Origin: Eledone cirrhosa
Taxonomy: Eukaryota
Direction: 5' to 3'
Assembly (NCBI GenBank): GCA_964016885.1
Contig: OZ024740.1
Location: forward strand, 243,722,001 to 243,786,000
DNA: 64,000 nt
Shown: positions 28,951-45,805 of the stretch, piece by piece
How positions within the stretch are numbered: position 1 is the first letter of the stretch
Layout of the letters: the number at the start of each line of letters is the position of its first letter
Program-made: the position numbers and the translations under genes
The notes under the pieces: generated by a model
The model's input: only the letters and a program-made list of their open reading frames with translations
Told to the model about the DNA's origin: nothing
The model's database searches: none

Positions 28951-29046
28951 AGAGATTAGCATTAGAAGCCTTATAAAACCGCTGAGCTTTCATTTGCCCA
29001 ATAACTATGTATATGTGTATATATATATATGCATATGTATATATAT

Positions 29047-29392
29047 CTGCGGGGACATAGAAATAATCGGGCTGGATACCCGATCGCGCGATTAAACCAG
29101 TGGGAGTGAAGGACCTCTATCTATTGTCAGGGCATTCTTCTAGGAGGAGGCAACTCAGGTAACTGGGATAACTCCGACATAAAACCTGCGTCTCTGTAGT
29201 TACTGACGATGTTCATCTTTTCTTCTTTTCGGGTTAAAGCTACTGTCACTCACAGAGTGGGATTGGCTTAGTGCACAGTCTTTCCTCACTTTAAAAAAGT
29301 CTTCAGGCATTGCACGATGGCATTAATTAATAATTTTAATAGTGGTATATCGTGCAATGGCAGTACTCGATAACGAGGGGGCAGCCATCATG
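29047..29392 (+). mobile_element. Short non-autonomous element with a BovB-like tail
   Basis: Ends gtactcgataacgagggggcagccatc(atgt)n like family X, but has a different body. Confidence 0.55.
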
Positions 29393-29560
29393 TATATATG
29401 TATGTATGTATGTATGTATACATATATGTATGTATGTATACATATATGTATGTATGTATACATATATGTATGTATGTATACATATATGTATGTATGTATA
29501 CATATATGTATGTATGTATACATATATGTATGTATGCATATATGTATATATGTATCTGTA

Positions 29561-29845
29561 TGTCAGGTCACCAGTTGGTGCTACTGGTAACATGTATCCC
29601 AGTACAACCTGGCTCATGGTCGGGTCGTTGGCGTCTAAACTGGCAACCCCACCAAGGTTTCTTGGTGAGGAGGGTGACTTTGGACATCCTGCAGGACTAA
29701 AAACAAAACCTGTCAAAGGGCAAAGGAGCTCTTAAGAGTCAATGGCCATCCAAAATCACTGGGAGAGATGACCCCTTAGCCTTTGTCAAGGCAGAATTCT
29801 AGGAGAAGGAAAACTCTGATATAACACCTGCAACCCTGATGGTAT
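29561..29845 (+). mobile_element. Family X copy, 3'-truncated
   Basis: Matches about 31213-31497 and abuts an antisense RTE fragment. Confidence 0.85.
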
Positions 29846-30638
29846 CAACATCTGATCCCTCTTATTTCTAATTTTTCCCTTAGATCGTTTATGCTTTGCC
29901 GTTCGCGTATATTACTATTACACATCCAGCGGAGCATGCAAGCTTCATTCCTCTCTAGTCTGCGTATATCCTCTGCACACAATGCCCAGGTCTCACTGCC
30001 ATGCAACATTGCTGTTCGTATGCAGGCATCATACAGCCTGCCTTTCATTTTTAGGGAGAACCCTTTAGCGGCTAATAGTGGTATAAGCTCTCTGAACTTT
30101 TTCCATCCAGTTCTGACTCTAGCTACTGTACTTTCAGAGCACCCTCCCCCACTGCTGATTTTGTCACCCAGGTAACGGAAGCTGTCCACTATTTCTATAG
30201 AACCCTCTGCGCAATTGAAAGAGCTAGTATTTTGTGGGCACTTGCTGCTACTTATTGCACCAGAGCACCGGCCACATGTAAAATCTATGTTCTTAGTTAG
30301 CTTACCTATGATCCCACTACATCTTTTATGCACCCATACTTTGCATTTGGGACATAAAATGGAGTTTCTACCTACGCCTTTCCTACACACTGAGCATGGC
30401 CATTTCTCGGAAGGGACCGGTGCCTTATTTTCTTTCCTACATACTAGATCTTTAGTCTTAGACAAGTTAATTTTAAGGCCTTTTGATTCTAGGCCGTGCT
30501 TCCATGTTTGGAATTTCTTCTCTAGCTCGGCCATTGATTCAGCTATGAGCGTTAGATCATCTGCGTATAGGAGTTCCCATGGGCAGCCGGTCTTGAACTC
30601 CACTGTTATAGCCTGAAGGGCAATAATAAATAGTAGGG
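29845..30638 (-). mobile_element. RTE internal fragment truncated at both ends
   Basis: Highly similar to about 38127-38918; lacks the 3' UTR and tail. Confidence 0.9.
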
Positions 30639-31212
30639 ATGTATATATGTATGTATATGTATATGTATGTATATGTATATATATGTATATATATGTATAT
30701 GTATGTATATGTATATATATGTATATGTATGTATATGTATATATGTATGTATATGTATATATGTATATATATGTGTATATGTATATATATGTGTATATGT
30801 ATATATATATATGTATGTATATATGTGTATGTATATATGTATATATATATATGTATATATGTATATATATATATGTATATATATATATATGTATGTATAT
30901 ATATATATATGTATGTATATTTATATATGTATGTATATATATATATGTATATATGTATGTATGTATGTATATATATATGTATGTATGTATATATATATGT
31001 ATGTATGTATATATATATATGTATGTATATATATATGTATGTATATATATATGTATGTATATATATATATGTATGTATGTATATATATATGTATGTATAT
31101 ATATATATATGTATGTATATATATATGTATGTATATATATATGTATGTATGTATATATATATGTATGTATATATATATGTATGTATATATATATGTATGT
31201 ATGTATATGTAT
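30639..31212. repeat. (TA)n/(TATG)n microsatellite
   Basis: Seen directly. Confidence 0.97.
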
Positions 31213-31822
31213 GTCAGGTCACCAGTTGGTGCTACTGGCAACATGTATCCCAGTACAACCTGTCTCATGGTCGGGTCGTTGGCGACTAAACTGGCAACCC
31301 CACCAAGGTTTCTTGGTGAGGAGGGTGACTTTGGACATCCTGCAGGACTAAAAACAAAACCTGTAAAAGGGCAAAGGAGCTCTTAAGAGTCAATGGCCAT
31401 CCAAAATCACCGGGAGAGATGACCCCTTAGCCTTTGTCAAGGCAGAATTCTAGGAGAAGGAAAACTCTGATATAACACCTGCAACCCTGATGGTATCCAA
31501 TGATGTTGACTTGTTCTTCTTTTTGGTAAATATCATCTTGGTTAAGAGAGTGGGACTGGCTTTGTGCAGTGCCTTTGCTCACTATAAAAGCTTCACGGCA
31601 CAGGCATTGCTTTATATCTGGAGATCTCTCTGCACTTGTCGTCACATGGTACCATGGGCCCAGCACTATGTGTCAATAATTGTCACAAGTGTAGTGTTTG
31701 TACCAGAGTTTTCAAGTCACTGGCTAGACTAAAAAGTCACACTCGTTCAGCGCTTCGGTAGGGGTTCTCCTACATGGATATAAAGTAGTGGCCGTACTCG
31801 AAAACGAGTTGGCAGCCACCAT
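31213..31822 (+). mobile_element. About 610-bp non-autonomous element with an RTE-BovB-like 3' end (family X)
   Basis: The 3' part encodes a relic finger [22 protein letters not shown] and ends ggcagccacc(atgt)n. Other copies: 36108-36712 (full), 24747-25212 (5'-truncated), 29561-29845 (3'-truncated). Confidence 0.82.
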
Positions 31823-31897
31823 GTATGTATATATATATGTATGTATATATATATGTATGTATATATATATGTATGTATGTATATATATATATGTATG

Positions 31898-31959
<62 letters not shown>

Positions 31960-31990
31960 TATGTATGTATATATATATATATGTATGTAT

Positions 31991-32031
<41 letters not shown>

Positions 32032-32581
32032 TATGTATGTATATATATATATATGTATGGATATATATATGTATGGATATATATATATGTATGTATATAT
32101 GTATATATGTATATGTATATGTATATATATATATGTATATATATGTATGTATATATATATGTATATGTATATATATATATGTATATATATGTATGTATAT
32201 ATAGATATATATATGTATATGTATATATATATATGTATATATATGTATGTATATATATATATGTAGATATATATATGTATATATGTATGTATATATGTGT
32301 ATATATGTATGTATATATGTGTATATATGTATGTATATATGTGTATATATGTATGTATATATGTGTATATATGTATGTATATATGTGTATATATGTATGT
32401 ATATATGTGTATATATGTATGTATATATGTGTATATATGTATGTATATATGTATATATATGTATGTATATATGTATATATATGTATGTATATATGTATAT
32501 ATATGTATGTATATATGTATGTATATATGTATATATATGTATGTATATATGTATATATATGTATGTATATATGTATGTATG

Positions 32582-32614
<33 letters not shown>

Positions 32615-32716
32615 GTATATATATATATGTATGTATATATGTATATATATATATATGTATGTATATATGTATATATATGTATGTATATATGTATATATAT
32701 ATATGTATATATGTAT

Positions 32717-32747
<31 letters not shown>

Positions 32748-33373
32748 TATATGTATATATATATATGTATGTATGTATGTATATATATATATGTATGTAT
32801 GTATATATATATATGTATGTATGTATGTATATATATATATGTATGTATGTATGTATATATATATATGTATGTATGTATGTATATATATATATGTATGTAT
32901 ATATGTATATATGTATATATATATATGTATGTATATATGTATATATGTATATATATATATGTATGTATATATGTATATATATATATGTATGTATATATGT
33001 ATATATATATATGTATGTATATATGTATATATATATATGTATGTATATATGTATATATATATATGTATGTATATATGTATATATATATATGTATGTATAT
33101 ATGTATATATATATATATATGTATGTATATATGTATATATATATATGTATGTATATATGTATATATATATATGTATGTATATATGTATATATATATATGT
33201 ATGTATATATGTATATATATATATGTATGTATATATGTATATATATATATGTATGTATATATGTATATATATATATATGTATGTATATATGTATATATAT
33301 ATATATGTATGTATATATGTATATATATATATATGTATGTATATATGTATATATATATATGTATGTATATATG

Positions 33374-33406
<33 letters not shown>

Positions 33407-33505
33407 GTATATATGTATATATATATATGTATGTATATATATATATGTATGTATATATGTATATATATATATGTATGTATATATGTATATATATATATGT
33501 ATGTA
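31823..33505. repeat. (TA)n/(TATG)n microsatellite, about 1.7 kb
   Basis: Seen directly. Confidence 0.98.
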
Positions 33506-35830
33506 TAACTTTGAATAACTTTGAAATGTTTTGGCCAGTATTGGCCCAGGCCATGTCTAACTTAATAGCACCACCTGGCGAAGTCTTTCAATTCAGGATT
33601 TGGGCACCATGGCCCATTCGAGAAGAGAATTACTGTTTGGGGAGACATATCCGGGTGTGGGTGGTTTGTCCGGGATTACTTGGAGGAATTTGTCCAAAGA
33701 CTTCTTGAATTTTGTGTGGTCAGTTTCTGTTTTGACGTGTCCTGGTGTGATGTTGAAGAGAGCAGGGCCGATTGAGGTGAAATAATTGTGCCGTATTGTT
33801 GTTATGAGTTGCGATTTAGATTTTTGAATGGGACGGATAGCACGGGGCCCAAGCCTTGGGTGTATCTTGAAGGCGATGCCAACATCATTTGGGCAGTGAT
33901 GATGGAACATTTTCCACATCATGCAGATAATATAACGCTCACGGCGACGTTGGAGTGAGTAAAGTTTCAGGTTTTCCAATCGACCCCAGTAGTCAAGGTC
34001 TGACATGCCATCTATCTTTTTCGTGATTGCCCTTTGAGGAGCTTCAAGTTTCATGATACTTTGTTTCGTGTGGGGAGACCACAGTGGACAACAGTATTCA
34101 AGGTGTGGTCGGGCGAAAGTAGAGAAGAGAAGGATAATGGTGCGGGAATCTCTCGACTGGAAGGTTCTGAGGATCCAGGAACACATTCTGCGGGCCATGT
34201 CAACTTTGCTGCTTATATGCGTGGTCCAGCTTATGTTGCTGTCCACGGTTACTCCCAAGTCTCTGATGTTGTTAGATGCCACGAGAGTTTCCCCGGAGGG
34301 AAGGGAGTACGGGAGTTTCAGAGCATCCTCTTTTCCAAAGTGGATCAGTTCGAATTTATCTTCGTTCAGTAACATGTTGTTCTTTTCTGCCCATTGGGTA
34401 ACAGCCAGTAGGTCTGACTGAAGGCTTATCCGGTCATCCACGCCATTGATGACCTTTTGGAGCTTGGAATCATCAGCGAAAATTTTAATGTTGCTGTGTT
34501 TGATGATGTCAGTGATGTCATTAATATAGATGATGAAGAGAAGTGGGCCCAACACAGTGCCTTGTGGGACTCCACTACTGACTTTGGCTGGGCTTGATTT
34601 GACTCCCTCAACTACAACATGTTGGGTTCTGTTTGACAGGAAGCTCTTGATCCACTGCAGCAGCTTTCCAGTGACACCAATATTGGACAGCTTTCTCAGT
34701 AGAATGTTATGATCAACCCTGTCAAAGGCCTTGCTGAAATCAAGGTAGATAACATCAGTGTTGGAACCCTCTCCCAAGGCTCTCAAAATGTCATCAAAGT
34801 GATGCAGTAGTTGCGTCAGGCAATCCCTTCCATTACGGAATCCATGCTGGTTGGAGTTCAGCATATTGTTACTCTCAAGGAAGTGGGTCATTCGCGATCT
34901 CACCACTCGCTCAAATACCTTAATGATATGAGAGGTGAGTGAGATTGGACGGTAATTCACGGCAAGGGATTTGTTTCCCTTTTTGAAAACTGGGACAACA
35001 GACTGGGATAGAAGGTTTTCTGGCACATATCCAGCATCCAGTGAGTTCCGCCACAGATTGGCAAGAGGAGAAGCAAGTTGGTGTTGACACGCCTTCAAGA
35101 CACAAGCAGGGAACCTATCGGGACCTACTGCTGAATTATGCTTGATTTCCTTTATTGCCGCCAAGACATCAGGGGCGCCAAACGTTATGTCCGATAAGGT
35201 GTAATGGGGAGTAACATCGCCGATACAGCCCAGATCGGCCATATCAGGATTGCTGAAAACAGAGCAGTATTGTTTCTGCAGTATCTCACCCATGGTTTTA
35301 GCATTGTCTTGAAGAGTGCCATTTTCATCAATTAGAGGGCCAACAGTAGAGCCAGTGATTTTGTGTTTTTTTGCAAATGAAAAGAACACTTTGGGATTGA
35401 GTTTGATCTTCTCAATGGCCCAGGCCTCTTCAGCTCTTCTCTGATTGTTGATGAGGGACATTATGTTGTTTTGGAGGTTATGTTTTTTAATCTCTAGTGA
35501 TGAAATGGCAGTCAAGTTGATGTGTTGCTGCTGACAGTATTTCAGCTTGTTGATTTTTTTGTTCGTTCTCTTAATTTTTCTGATGAGTGTTTTTCTATTT
35601 CTAGGGATTCTGCTCTTAGATTTGTTTATAGTTCTTAATGGGGTGTGTTTAGCACATATGTTTGTAACAGTGTCCACAAATGTCTGCCAGGACTTTTTGA
35701 TGTTAGTGGGTGTATGAGTGTGCGTGAAGGACCAGTCGACATGTGCAAGATCATGACTGATCGCTTCCCAGTTTGCATTGTGGAAATCCATAGCGTCAAA
35801 CGGATGGACAGGAGAAATGACATTGGGTTT
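33506..35830 (-). mobile_element. 5'-truncated CR1-group LINE with an uninterrupted RT frame (33593-35830)
   Basis: [48 protein letters not shown]; 3' tail is a ttcaaagtta repeat. Confidence 0.92.
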
Positions 35831-36107
35831 GTATATATGTATATATATATATGTATGTATATATGTATATATATATATGTATGTATATATGTATATATGT
35901 ATATGTATGTATATATGTATATATGTATATGTATGTATATATGTATACGTATATATGTATGTATATATATATATATGTATGTATATATGTATATATGTAT
36001 ATATGTATATGTATGTATATATGTATACGTATATATGTATGTATATATATATATATATGTATGTATATATATATATATATGTATGTATATATGTATATAT
36101 ATATATA

Positions 36108-36712
36108 TGGCAGGTCACTAGTTGGTGCTACTGGTAACATGTATCCCAGTACAACCTGTCCCATGGTCGGGTCGTTGGCGACTAAACTGGCAACCCCACC
36201 AAGGTTTCTTCGTGAGGAGGGTGACTTTGGACATCCTGAAGGACTAAAAACAAAACCTGTCACCAAAGGAGCTCTAAAGAGTCAATGGCCATCCAAAATC
36301 ACCGGGAGAGATGACCCCTTAGCCTTTGTCAAGGCAGAATTCTAGGAGAAGGAAAACTCTGATATAACACCTGCAACCTTCATGGTATCCAATGATGTTG
36401 ACTTGTTCTTCTTTTTGGTAAATATCATCTTGGTTAAGAGAGTGGGACTGGCTTTGTGCAGTGCCTTTGCTCACTATAAAAGTTTCACGGCACAGGCATT
36501 GCTTTATATCGGGAGATCTCTCTGCACTTGTCATCACATGGTACCATGGGCCTAGCACTATGTGTCAATAATCGTCACAAGTGTAGTGTTTGTACGAGTG
36601 TTTTCAAGTCGCTGGCTGGACTAAAAAGACACACTCGTTCAGCGCATCGGTAGGGGTTCTCCTACATGGATATAAAGTAGTGGCCGTACTCGAAAACGAG
36701 TTGGCAGCCACC
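36108..36712 (+). mobile_element. Family X copy
   Basis: Colinear and highly similar to 31213-31822. Confidence 0.85.
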
Positions 36713-36742
36713 ATATATATGTATATATATGTATGTATATAT

Positions 36743-37078
36743 GTGGAGGCACGTGGCTTAGTAGTTAGAGCATTGGCCTTGCAATTGAAAGGTTGTGAGT
36801 TCAATTCTCAGACCGTGTGATGTGTTGTTTCCTTGAGCAAGATACTTTATTTCACATTACTCCAGTTTACTCAGCTGTAGAAATGAGATGATAGGGACTG
36901 GGGTCCCTATCATCCCACTGTAAAGTGGTCGTGGAGGAGCCACGGCAAAAAAGCACCCAGCACTCACTGTAAATGTGGTTGGTGTTAGGAAGGGCATCCA
37001 GCTGTAGAAATCAAGCCAGAATCAGTTCCCGTCCCACCCTTGCAAGCAGGGAAAAGTGGACGTAAAATGAAATGAATG
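36743..37078 (+). mobile_element. SINE with tRNA-like head, conserved central domain and RTE-derived tail
   Basis: tggcttagtagtt and gagttcaattc resemble A and B boxes; ccttgagcaagatacttt core; RTE 3' UTR tail. Antisense copy at about 62121-62405. Confidence 0.8.
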
Positions 37079-37224
37079 TATGTATATATATGTATATATA
37101 TGTATGTATGTATATATGTATATATATGTATGTATGTATATATATGTATATATATATATGTATGTATATATGTATATATATATATGTATGTATATATGTA
37201 TATATATATATATATGTATATATG

Positions 37225-37257
<33 letters not shown>

Positions 37258-37369
37258 GTATATATATGTATATATATGTATATATATATATGTATGTATA
37301 TATATGTATATATATATATATGTATGTATATATATGTATATATATATATATGTATGTATATATATGTAT

Positions 37370-37409
<40 letters not shown>

Positions 37410-37511
37410 GTATATATATATATATATGTATGTATATATATGTATATATATATATATGTATGTATATATATGTATATATATATATATGTATGTATATATA
37501 TGTATATATAT

Positions 37512-37513
<2 letters not shown>

Positions 37514-37542
<29 letters not shown>

Positions 37543-40500
37543 ACGTTTAACGTCCGTGTTCCACGCTTGCATGGGTTTGGACGGGGGTAGTCCCACTTGA
37601 GGCAAGAGTGATTGTCTTGCTCGCATAGGACTGTCTGGCAGGTTTTCTACAGTTGGATGCCCTTCCTAACACCAACCACATTTACAGTGTGGGTCTGGGA
37701 GGTTTTTACCGTGTTGCCTACACGGCCACATTACAGCGTGGACTGTGTGTTTTTTTGTCGTGACACCTACACGATCTCATTTGTTTCGGCCCGGATGGCG
37801 CGGCACCAACATAACTTTACATAGGACGGGGTGGTGTGGATGGGGTGGGGGTGGTGGTGGTGGGACGGGGTGTATTTTGTTAGAGATGCCTACTGGCAAG
37901 GCGGGTCTTCTCTGTTACTGAGTACCGCCAAAGGTCTCGGTCCAGTGACATTGTCTTGGAGAGGTGTAAGTGTGTGAGGTCGGAGTTTATCAGCTCGTCC
38001 CAGGTTTTTCTAGGTCTGCCTATTCCGTGGCTACCGTCTATCTTTATTGCCCTGCACTTTGTTATACAGCTATCGACTTTCATGCGCATCACGTGTCCAT
38101 ACCAACGTAGCCTTCTCTCGAGTAAACAACATCTGATCCCTCTTATCTCTAATTTTTTCCTTAGTTCGTTTATGCTTTGCCGTTCACGTATATTACTGTT
38201 ACACATCCAGCGGAGCATGCAAGCTTCGTTCCTCTCTAGTCTGCGTATATCCTCTGCACACAATGCCCAGGTCTCACTGCCATGCAACATTGCTGTTCGT
38301 ATGCAGGCATCGTACAACCTGCCTTTCATTTTTAGGGAGAACCCTTTAGCAGCTAATAGTGGTATAAGCTCTCTGAACTTTTTCCAACCAGTTCTGACTC
38401 TAGCTACAGTACTTTCAGAGCACCCTCCCCCACTGCTGATTTTATCGCCCAGGTAACGGAAGCTGTCCACTATTTCTATAGAACCCTCTGCGCAATTGAA
38501 AGAGCTAGTATTGTGTGGGCACTTGCTGCTACTTATTGCACCAGAACACCGGCCACATGTAAAATCTATGTTCTTAGTTAGCTTACCTGTGATCCCACTA
38601 CATCTTTTATGCACCCATACTTTGCATTTAGGACACAAAATGGAGTTTCTACCTACGCCTTTCCTACACACCGAGCACGACCATTTCCCAGAAGGGACCG
38701 CCGCCTTGTTTTCTTTCCTACAAACTAGAACTTTGGTCTTAGCCAGGTTAATTTTAAGTCCTTTTGACTCTAGGCCGTGCTTCCATGTTTCGAATTTCTT
38801 CTCTAGCTCGGCCATTGATTCCGCTATGAGTGTCAGGTCGTCTGCGTATAGGAGTTCCCATGGGCAGCCTGTCTTGAACTCCTCTGTTATAGCCTGAAGG
38901 GCAATAATAAATAGTAGGGGGCTGAGAACAGAGCCCTGATGGACGCCAACTTTTACGCTAAACTCTTCACTATATTCGTTGTTAATTCTAACCTTGCTGA
39001 CTGTTTCTTTATACATGGCTTGTATAGCCCTCACAAGCCATTCGTCAACGCCTAGTTTTCTAAGAGCCCACCAGATAATGGAGCGGGGGACTCTGTCGAA
39101 GGCTTTCTCCAAGTCGACAAAAGCTAAGTAGAGGGGTTTACCTTTAGCTAGGTACTTCTCCTGTAGTTGTCGTACTATGAAAAGAGCGTCTGTGGTACTT
39201 TTGCCTGACACAAACCCGAACTGCATTTCATCTAGGTCAATTCTCTCTCTGATTAGTTGCGCTATTACTTTTTCTGTGACCTTCATGACCTGGTCGATTA
39301 ATTTAATGCCTCTATAGTTACTCCTATCTAGGGCGTCTCCTTTACCCTTATAACAGTTAACGATGATGCTGCTATGCCAGTCCTTCGGAACAACCCCATT
39401 CTGTACGACTTGGTTAACTATGCGGGTGACCATGGTGTGTCCCACCGTGCCAGATGCCTTCAGCATCTCAGCAACTATTTCCGAAGGCCCAGCCGCCTTA
39501 CCTGTCTTCATATCCTTGATTGCCTTACTTATTATACTCCCCTCGACTAACACTGCTGGTCCCTCTATTGGGTCGACATGGGGGAGACTGTCTTTCTCCC
39601 ATTTATTCTCCTCATTTAGTAGCCTTTCATAGTGACACTTCCAAGCTGCCTTCTTATCAGTGTCGGTGATGGCAAGTATGCCATCATCGTTAAGTACACA
39701 CTTCTCCCCGACAAAATCACGGTTTTCCTTGACGCATTGCCTAGCAATCCTGAACACCTCACGTTTTTGGTCATCGCGTTGTAGGACATGCTTGAACTTT
39801 CTTTCCTCAGCTTCCCTTCTTGCTAAGTACACTTCTCTCCTAGCTTCCCTCCTGGCCACTTGATAGTCTACTCTACTTCCCCCATCCCGCCATACTTTCC
39901 AAGCCTGCTTTTTGGCCTTAATTGACTCCTCCACCTTACTGTTCCACCACCAAGTTACTCTCCTCCTGCCTACAGGCCTGCTCCAGCCACAGACTTCGTC
40001 TGTGGCCAACAGCAGGTTTGCTTTCAGAAATTCCCACTGTCCCTCTATATTGTCCGACTCTAAGTGTTCTTCCTTACTGTCGAAAGCATCAAGTAATATG
40101 TTTTGAAATTTATTTTTGGCTGTGGGGTCCTTTAGCTTCCATATTTTTCTCCTGAGGATAGTCCTCTTCTGCTGTCGAGTACGTCTCGACCTGACTATGA
40201 GGTCGCTAATTATCAGTCTATGTTGGGAGGTGCATTCTTCATGGGGGAGGGATTTAGTGTTTACAACAGACACTCTGTCACGTCTTCTGGTAAGGATATA
40301 ATCTACCTGGCTTGTGTGTTCCCCGGATCTATAGGTGATCAGGTGATTGTCACGTTTTTTGAAGTTAGTGTTACAGATAGTTAGGTTATTTGCATCACAG
40401 AATTCCAGGATTCTGGAGCCTTCCTCATTTCTAGTACCAAACCCATAGCCTCCATGGATTTCGTCGTAGCCGTCACAATGTTGCCCAACGTGACCATTTA

Positions 40501-41010
40501 GGTCGCCTGCAATAATTATATAGTCACTGTCAGATATTTGGGAGGTAGTGAGCATCAGTGTCTCATAGAATCTGTCTTTTATAGTGCCGGGCAGTCCGGA
40601 TTGGGGTGCATACGCAGATATTACTGTCACCGTAGTTCTATTGAGGACAAGTCGTATTTTAATTATTCTGTCGTTCACTCTATTTACGTCTATTATCTTA
40701 TCCGCCCACTTTTCTGCTACCATGATTCCTACTCCACCCAGCCCATCGTCGTTTCCCACCCAGAAAAGCTTATAACATCGTTTTTTACCCTCAATGAATC
40801 TAGCAGACCCACCCCTCCACCTGGTCTCTTGAATACAACAAACATCGACCTCCTTACGTTCAAGCATTTCTACAACCTCGTTAGCGCGCCCCTTTAGGGT
40901 GCCTACATTTATGGTACCAACTCTGAAGTTTTGGATCGCGTTTGGAGGGTGGGGGTGATGTGGGGCGGGGGGAGATGGGGTTATGTTAGCCATCCGCGGG
41001 CGAAACAAAG
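37514..41010 (-). mobile_element. Young, potentially active RTE-clade LINE
   Basis: Single uninterrupted ORF, 3' UTR at 37514-37879, (GAT)n tail, TA microsatellite on both sides. Confidence 0.95.
37880..40993 (-). CDS. RTE ORF: apurinic endonuclease plus reverse transcriptase with an inserted PHD-like finger
   Basis: [32 protein letters not shown] (APE); [35 protein letters not shown] (RT). First ATG at 40993, about 1037 aa. Confidence 0.95.
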   Translation of the reverse strand: MANITPSPPAPHHPHPPNAIQNFRVGTINVGTLKGRANEVVEMLERKEVDVCCIQETRWRGGSARFIEGKKRCYKLFWVGNDDGLGGVGIMVAEKWADKIIDVNRVNDRIIKIRLVLNRTTVTVISAYAPQSGLPGTIKDRFYETLMLTTSQISDSDYIIIAGDLNGHVGQHCDGYDEIHGGYGFGTRNEEGSRILEFCDANNLTICNTNFKKRDNHLITYRSGEHTSQVDYILTRRRDRVSVVNTKSLPHEECTSQHRLIISDLIVRSRRTRQQKRTILRRKIWKLKDPTAKNKFQNILLDAFDSKEEHLESDNIEGQWEFLKANLLLATDEVCGWSRPVGRRRVTWWWNSKVEESIKAKKQAWKVWRDGGSRVDYQVARREARREVYLARREAEERKFKHVLQRDDQKREVFRIARQCVKENRDFVGEKCVLNDDGILAITDTDKKAAWKCHYERLLNEENKWEKDSLPHVDPIEGPAVLVEGSIISKAIKDMKTGKAAGPSEIVAEMLKASGTVGHTMVTRIVNQVVQNGVVPKDWHSSIIVNCYKGKGDALDRSNYRGIKLIDQVMKVTEKVIAQLIRERIDLDEMQFGFVSGKSTTDALFIVRQLQEKYLAKGKPLYLAFVDLEKAFDRVPRSIIWWALRKLGVDEWLVRAIQAMYKETVSKVRINNEYSEEFSVKVGVHQGSVLSPLLFIIALQAITEEFKTGCPWELLYADDLTLIAESMAELEKKFETWKHGLESKGLKINLAKTKVLVCRKENKAAVPSGKWSCSVCRKGVGRNSILCPKCKVWVHKRCSGITGKLTKNIDFTCGRCSGAISSSKCPHNTSSFNCAEGSIEIVDSFRYLGDKISSGGGCSESTVARVRTGWKKFRELIPLLAAKGFSLKMKGRLYDACIRTAMLHGSETWALCAEDIRRLERNEACMLRWMCNSNIRERQSINELRKKLEIRGIRCCLLERRLRWYGHVMRMKVDSCITKCRAIKIDGSHGIGRPRKTWDELINSDLTHLHLSKTMSLDRDLWRYSVTEKTRLASRHL

Positions 41011-42341
<1,331 letters not shown>

Positions 42342-42789
42342 CACTTACACCTCTCCAAGACAATGTCACTGGACCGTGACCTTTGGCGGTACTCAGTAAC
42401 AGAGAAGACCCGCCTTGCCAGTAGGCATCTCTAACAAACTACACCCCGTCCCGCCACCACCCCCACCCCATCCACACCACCCCGTTCCATGTAAAGTTAT
42501 GTTGGTGCCGCGCCATCCAGGCCGAAACAAACGAGATCGTGTAGGTGTCACGACAAAAAAACACACAGTCCACGCTGTAATGTGGCCGTGTAGGCAACAC
42601 GGTAAAAACCTCCCAGACCCACACTGTAAATGTGGTTGGTGTTAGGAAGGGCATCCAACTGTAGAAAACCTGCCAGACAGTCCTATGCGAGCAAGACAAT
42701 CACTCTTGCCTCAAGTGGGACTACCCCCGTCCAAACCCATGCAAGCGTGGAACACGGACGTTAAACGTTGATGATGATGATGATGATGA
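42342..42789 (+). mobile_element. RTE 3'-end copy, inverted relative to 37514-37975
   Basis: Near-identical to the last ~450 bp of the intact RTE, with (GAT)n tail. Confidence 0.93.
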
Positions 42790-44886
<2,097 letters not shown>

Positions 44887-45687
44887 CAGGAGGGACCGAT
44901 ATCCCCGTGTCAAAATCGATACGAGACCTGGGCATAGACATGAGCGATGATGCATCTTTTTCTTCACACATCATGAAGGTGGCGACAGCATGTAGACGAT
45001 TCGCTGGCTGGATCTTGAGGACTTTCCTTACAAGAGATCGAGACACCATGTTGACACTGTGGAGGACTTTTGTCCTAAGCCGCCTGGACTACTGCTCCCA
45101 GCTGTGGTCACCCCATAGTGTCAAACTAACCACAGAGCTTGAGGCAATCCAGCGAAGCTACACCAAGAGGATTGCCAAGATGAGGGAGACAAGCTACTGG
45201 GAGAGGCTGAAGGAACTGAACCTCTACTCCTTGGAGCGAAGACGGGAGAGATACGCAGTGATCTACATGTGGAAAATCCTGGAGGGACTAGCACCAAACT
45301 TTGGCATTGGGAGCTGGACCAACCGTCGAACAGGACGTCACTGTGTGGTGCCAAAGGTCCCGTCTTCCACATCTAGAATAAGGAGCAGGTATTGCAATAG
45401 CCTGGGATTCAAGGGCCCTCAACTCTTCAACAGGCTGCCGAGGCATCTGCGAGACTTGCATGACGTGGAGGTGGATGTCTTTAAGAAACATCTCGACACG
45501 TTGTTATCCAGGATCCCGGATGAGCCCACAGCAAGACACGAGGGAAACCTAAGGGCAGCAGCAACAAACTCCCTCCTACACCAGTGGCCAACCTATACAG
45601 GCTGGAGATAAAATGTGTAGCAACAAGGGCGGTGCCCCAGCATGGCCTCAGCCGGATGGCTGAAACAGGTAAAAGAGTAAAAGAGTA
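44887..45687 (+). mobile_element. CR1-group LINE 3' fragment
   Basis: [27 protein letters not shown]; 3' UTR gcggtgccccagcatggc and a taaaagag repeat tail. Confidence 0.9.
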
Positions 45688-45689
45688 TG

Positions 45690-45745
<56 letters not shown>

Positions 45746-45751
45746 CATATG

Positions 45752-45788
<37 letters not shown>

Positions 45789-45805
45789 GTATATATATAT
45801 ATGTA

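Noticed and set aside
31213-31305. HDV-like ribozyme at the 5' end of family X
   Set aside because: ccagt/actgg and gtcg/cgac pairings exist, but I could not build a consistent P1/P3/P1.1 nested pseudoknot by eye. A motif search would settle it.
35831-36118. N-terminal part of the 841-aa ORF
   Set aside because: Microsatellite read-through; the CR1 copy is truncated at about 35830 and lacks the endonuclease.
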